DNA of 64,000 nucleotides from Perkinsus olseni (Eukaryota): NCBI GenBank assembly GCA_013115125.1, contig JABANN010000121.1, positions 1 to 64,000 of the forward strand, read 5' to 3'. Shown piece by piece: positions 60,737 to 64,000 of this stretch (position 1 is its first letter; each line of letters starts with the position of its first letter). The notes under the pieces were generated by a model. It saw only the letters and a program-made list of their open reading frames with translations, ran no database searches and was not told where the DNA came from. The position numbers and the translations under genes were made by a program.

Positions 60737-63700
60737 ATGGGATGCTCTTTTTCGAAACAAGAAGGGTTGACGGCTCAGCCGACGCATCGGCCCGGGCACG
60801 CTGACAAGCACTCGGTTAAGTCAGCGGTAACTACGGCGGATGGTACCACAAAGAAGACACCTACACAGGTAATTCGCGGGGGGCACCTTGCGCGCGAGTC
60901 GGGTGGGGTATCTTCGGGTCGAACCTGGTGAAATATCTTGAGGTTGACTATAGGCAGTATCGCGAGGTTGCAACGGCGCGGTATCTCGAGCTTGACGCTG
61001 GTATGATATTTTGGATTCGATAGAACGCGCCAGTCATTGTTCTAATTGAGTCCTCCACGGTTTTCTTTAGTTCGGTCGAGGAGCGCATTACGATACCCTG
61101 AGGGAATTTCATCATTCCTGTCGGCGGGTGAACTTTCGCGATTTCTCGGTCAGATTGCTACTAATGGCGAAGCTTCTGCGACGACAACAGATCGTCCAGC
61201 GAGTCCTGCTACTACTGTACCCACTTTGGCCCCGCAGGTTTCGAGGGTCTACACTGAGTCTCTCTCGCAAGTCGCCCGAGATGTGGCCAAGGACTCTCAG
61301 CAAGCCGTCCTAGACTTCGATAAGGACTCCCGTTTCCAGACCACCGGTGTCACCAATGGAGTCACCATATTGAACCGACTTTCGAGCGAGGGCTGCTCTC
61401 GGGCTGTGGCGGGAAAGATCGTCTTACCGGAAGGTCTCGGCTTCACTATCGACCAGGTGGTCGAGTTCCTCATGAACACCGAGGCACGATCCACTTGGGA
61501 CTCAACGCTGAAGCGCTGGAGAGTCATAGAGAAGTTTGAGAACGCGGAGCCGCCTGTTTGCATTTGCTGGGCGGCTACACGCAACCTCAGTGGCGTGTTA
61601 GACGATCGAGATTTCGTCTTTGCAATGATGGCCGAGAAGCTGTCGCCCACGCGAACAGTTATTTCATATCGTTCGCTTGACTTGGTGGACTACCCCGAAG
61701 GCAAATACGACTTGTCTCTCGTTCGTGGTACCATCGTCAACTCTGGTTACATTGTCGAATCCCTTGATGGGGTTATTTTTGTATCGCTCTTTGAGGAAAT
61801 TGATCTCGGCGGGAGTGCCCCATTATTCCTAGCCGATCGTGAGTTGGACGGCTCTTTATTGAAGCTCGCGGGGTTGCATGCGGCTATCGCGTCCCATGAG
61901 GTGTCGGTTCCCCCAGTGAAGTCGAAAAATACAGCTGAATTGGCCAAGTCCGATGGGAAGGTGAGTGACCTCGGATGCTTCGGTTGAACTCAGATTCATT
62001 TTGAAACGCTCAGGTACCGGAGCCAGCTGAACGACCATCCACCCAGCTCGTGGCCGAAGGTGAGGAGGCATCCCTGAGCGAGGAAGGCCAGCGTATGATG
62101 AAGATCGGGCTTAGTGCTCAGAAGGCTTTACTGGCATTTGAAAGTGATAAGTCCTTCAAGAGCAAGGGCAAGTCTGGTCCCGTCGAGCTCTCCGTGAGAC
62201 CACAGAACGGCAGTGAGATGCAGGTGGTATGTGGGAAGATGAACTGGGGCAAGAAATACACTATCTCTCAAGTGATGGAGTTCCTCGATGACCTGTCCAA
62301 CAAGGTCAACTGGGATTATCAGTTGATCGAGGGCAAGGTGCTGAAGAGTTATTTAAACGATGGTGAAAGAAGAGTAACGCTAAACTGGACCTCCTATAAA
62401 GGGGAGATGGGAGTAGCTGGTAGAGATTTTGTTTATGCTGCCGTGAACGAGAAAGTGTCTGGAAACAAGGGCGTCATGACGTGTCGGTCAGTTGACTTGG
62501 ATGAGTTCCCAGAGCATAAGTTCTCGGCTGAAGCGTGTAGAGGCTTCATTCAAAATGCTGGTTATGTGATCGAGAAGGTTCAGAGTGGCGACTTGATGGT
62601 ATCTTTCTATAACCAAGTTGATGTCCGAGGATCCGTCCCAACGTGGGTAGTGAATAAGGCTACTATGAAGCAGCCAATGAGCTTGGTACCTGCTTTTGCA
62701 TCCATCAAAAATTATGAATTCAAACCCGCACCGGCGAAAAAAGTGGTTGAGTCCGCGAAGACAGAGAAGGTAAGCATTTTCACGATTGATTCTTCCCTGG
62801 GATTGTCCATCATTCGTCAAATCGCTTCAGAAACCACTGAAGGAGAACGCTGGCGAGTCTCAGACTTCTAAAGCGACTCCCGAGGGGGCATCAACAAATC
62901 CCAAGTCTGACCAGAAAGTAAGTGATCTCGAGCACTGTCGTCTCACTCAGAGTTATTGTCGAATGCTTAGGCGCCTAAGGAAGCCGAAGGAGTATCCCCG
63001 TCAGTCAATGCTGAGCCCGACGAAACAGGTCTGAGCGACGAAGGCGAGCGTATGATGAAGCTCGGCCTAGACGCCCAAGCAGCTCTTCTGGCGTTCGAAA
63101 ATGACAAGTCCTTCAAGAGCAAGGGGAGGTCTGGTCCCGTCGAGCTCTCCGTGAGAGCACAGAACGGCAGTGAGATGCAGGTGGTATGTGGGAAGATGAA
63201 CTGGGGCAAGAAATATACTATCTCTCAAGTGATGGAGTTTCTTGGCGATTTGACTAATAAAGTCAACTGGGATGATCAGTTGATCGAGGGCAAATTGTTA
63301 AAGAGCTATCTGAACGACGGTAAGAGAGAAGTTACTTTGAGCTGGACCTCATACAAGGGCGAAATGGGAGTAGCTGGTAGGGACTTTATTTATGCTGCCG
63401 TGAACGAGAAAGTGTCTGAAAACAAGGGCGTCATGACATGCCGGTCAGTTGACTTGGATGAATTCCCAGAGCATAAGTTCTCGGCTGAAGCGTGTAGAGG
63501 CTTCATTCAAAATGCTGGTTATGTGATCGAGAAGGTTCAGAGTGGCGACTTGATGGTATCTTTCTATAACCAAGTTGATGTCCGAGGATCCGTCCCAACG
63601 TGGGTAGTGAATAAGGCTACTATGAAGCAGCCAATGAGCTTGGTACCTGCTTTTGCATCCATCAAAAATTATAAATTCAAACCAGCGCCGGTGCGGAAGG

Positions 63701-64000
63701 TGGCCGAGCCCGCGAAAACGGAGAAGGTGAGAGATATCGGAATCGAGCTCTTACTGTGATTTTCCGCAACTCAGCATAATTTTCAGGTCACACCGGTAGA
63801 GAAACCACAAACCACTCAGGAACCTAAGACTCCCGAAGGGTCCCGCAGCGTAGTACCAGCGAAGCCCAGTTCCGAGAGTGCTCCCGAGCTGGCATCGCCT
63901 CAAGCGAAGATGGCCCTCGATGCCGGTAAAGCTGCGCAGAAAGCGCTGTTAGGGTTCGAGGAAGACCAGGCTTTCAAATCGCAGGGTCGGTCCGGTAACG
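60737..64000 (+). CDS. Multi-START-domain lipid-binding protein, probably N-myristoylated/palmitoylated (truncated by window end)
   Basis: MGCSFSK start. Three complete START domains (WD...RDFV...SGY/AGY...D.xGSxP.W) at ~61260-61900, 62095-62730 and 63052-63680; a fourth begins ~63900. Confidence 0.85.

Noticed and set aside
1-64000. CRISPR arrays, rRNA or prokaryotic operon/defence systems
   Set aside because: None seen; the sequence is intron-rich eukaryotic DNA with no regular repeat-spacer pattern.

Overview
Eukaryotic nuclear DNA (about 50% GC, gene-dense, many 45-70 nt GT-AG introns). The style suggests the alveolate parasite Perkinsus; this is my inference, not a database result. Recognisable genes are a DTW-domain tRNA enzyme, RPB8, two tandem cytochrome P450s, an AFG1/ZapE ATPase, three tandem intronless GlmS/GFAT copies, TRM2/TRMT2A, SEM1/DSS1, a two-RRM RNA-binding protein, a LEA_2-like membrane protein, an IQ-motif protein, a LicD-like transferase, a truncated haemoglobin and a multi-START-domain protein cut off by the window end. 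The most unusual object is a 636-nt, ORF-less, GC-rich insertion (9543-10178) in the K-helix exon of the first P450 that is absent from the neighbouring paralog. It consists largely of back-to-back hairpins, starts GTGTG and ends ACTCGAT, like group II intron termini. Removing it exactly restores the frame at the paralog's length, and it carries internal segments complementary to its own junctions. I found no canonical group II domain V, so its nature is open. Other oddities: an in-frame TAG at a Trp codon in the second P450, patchwork gene conversion among the GFAT copies, and a TA-flanked MITE. Multi-exon coordinates were read by eye and are approximate.
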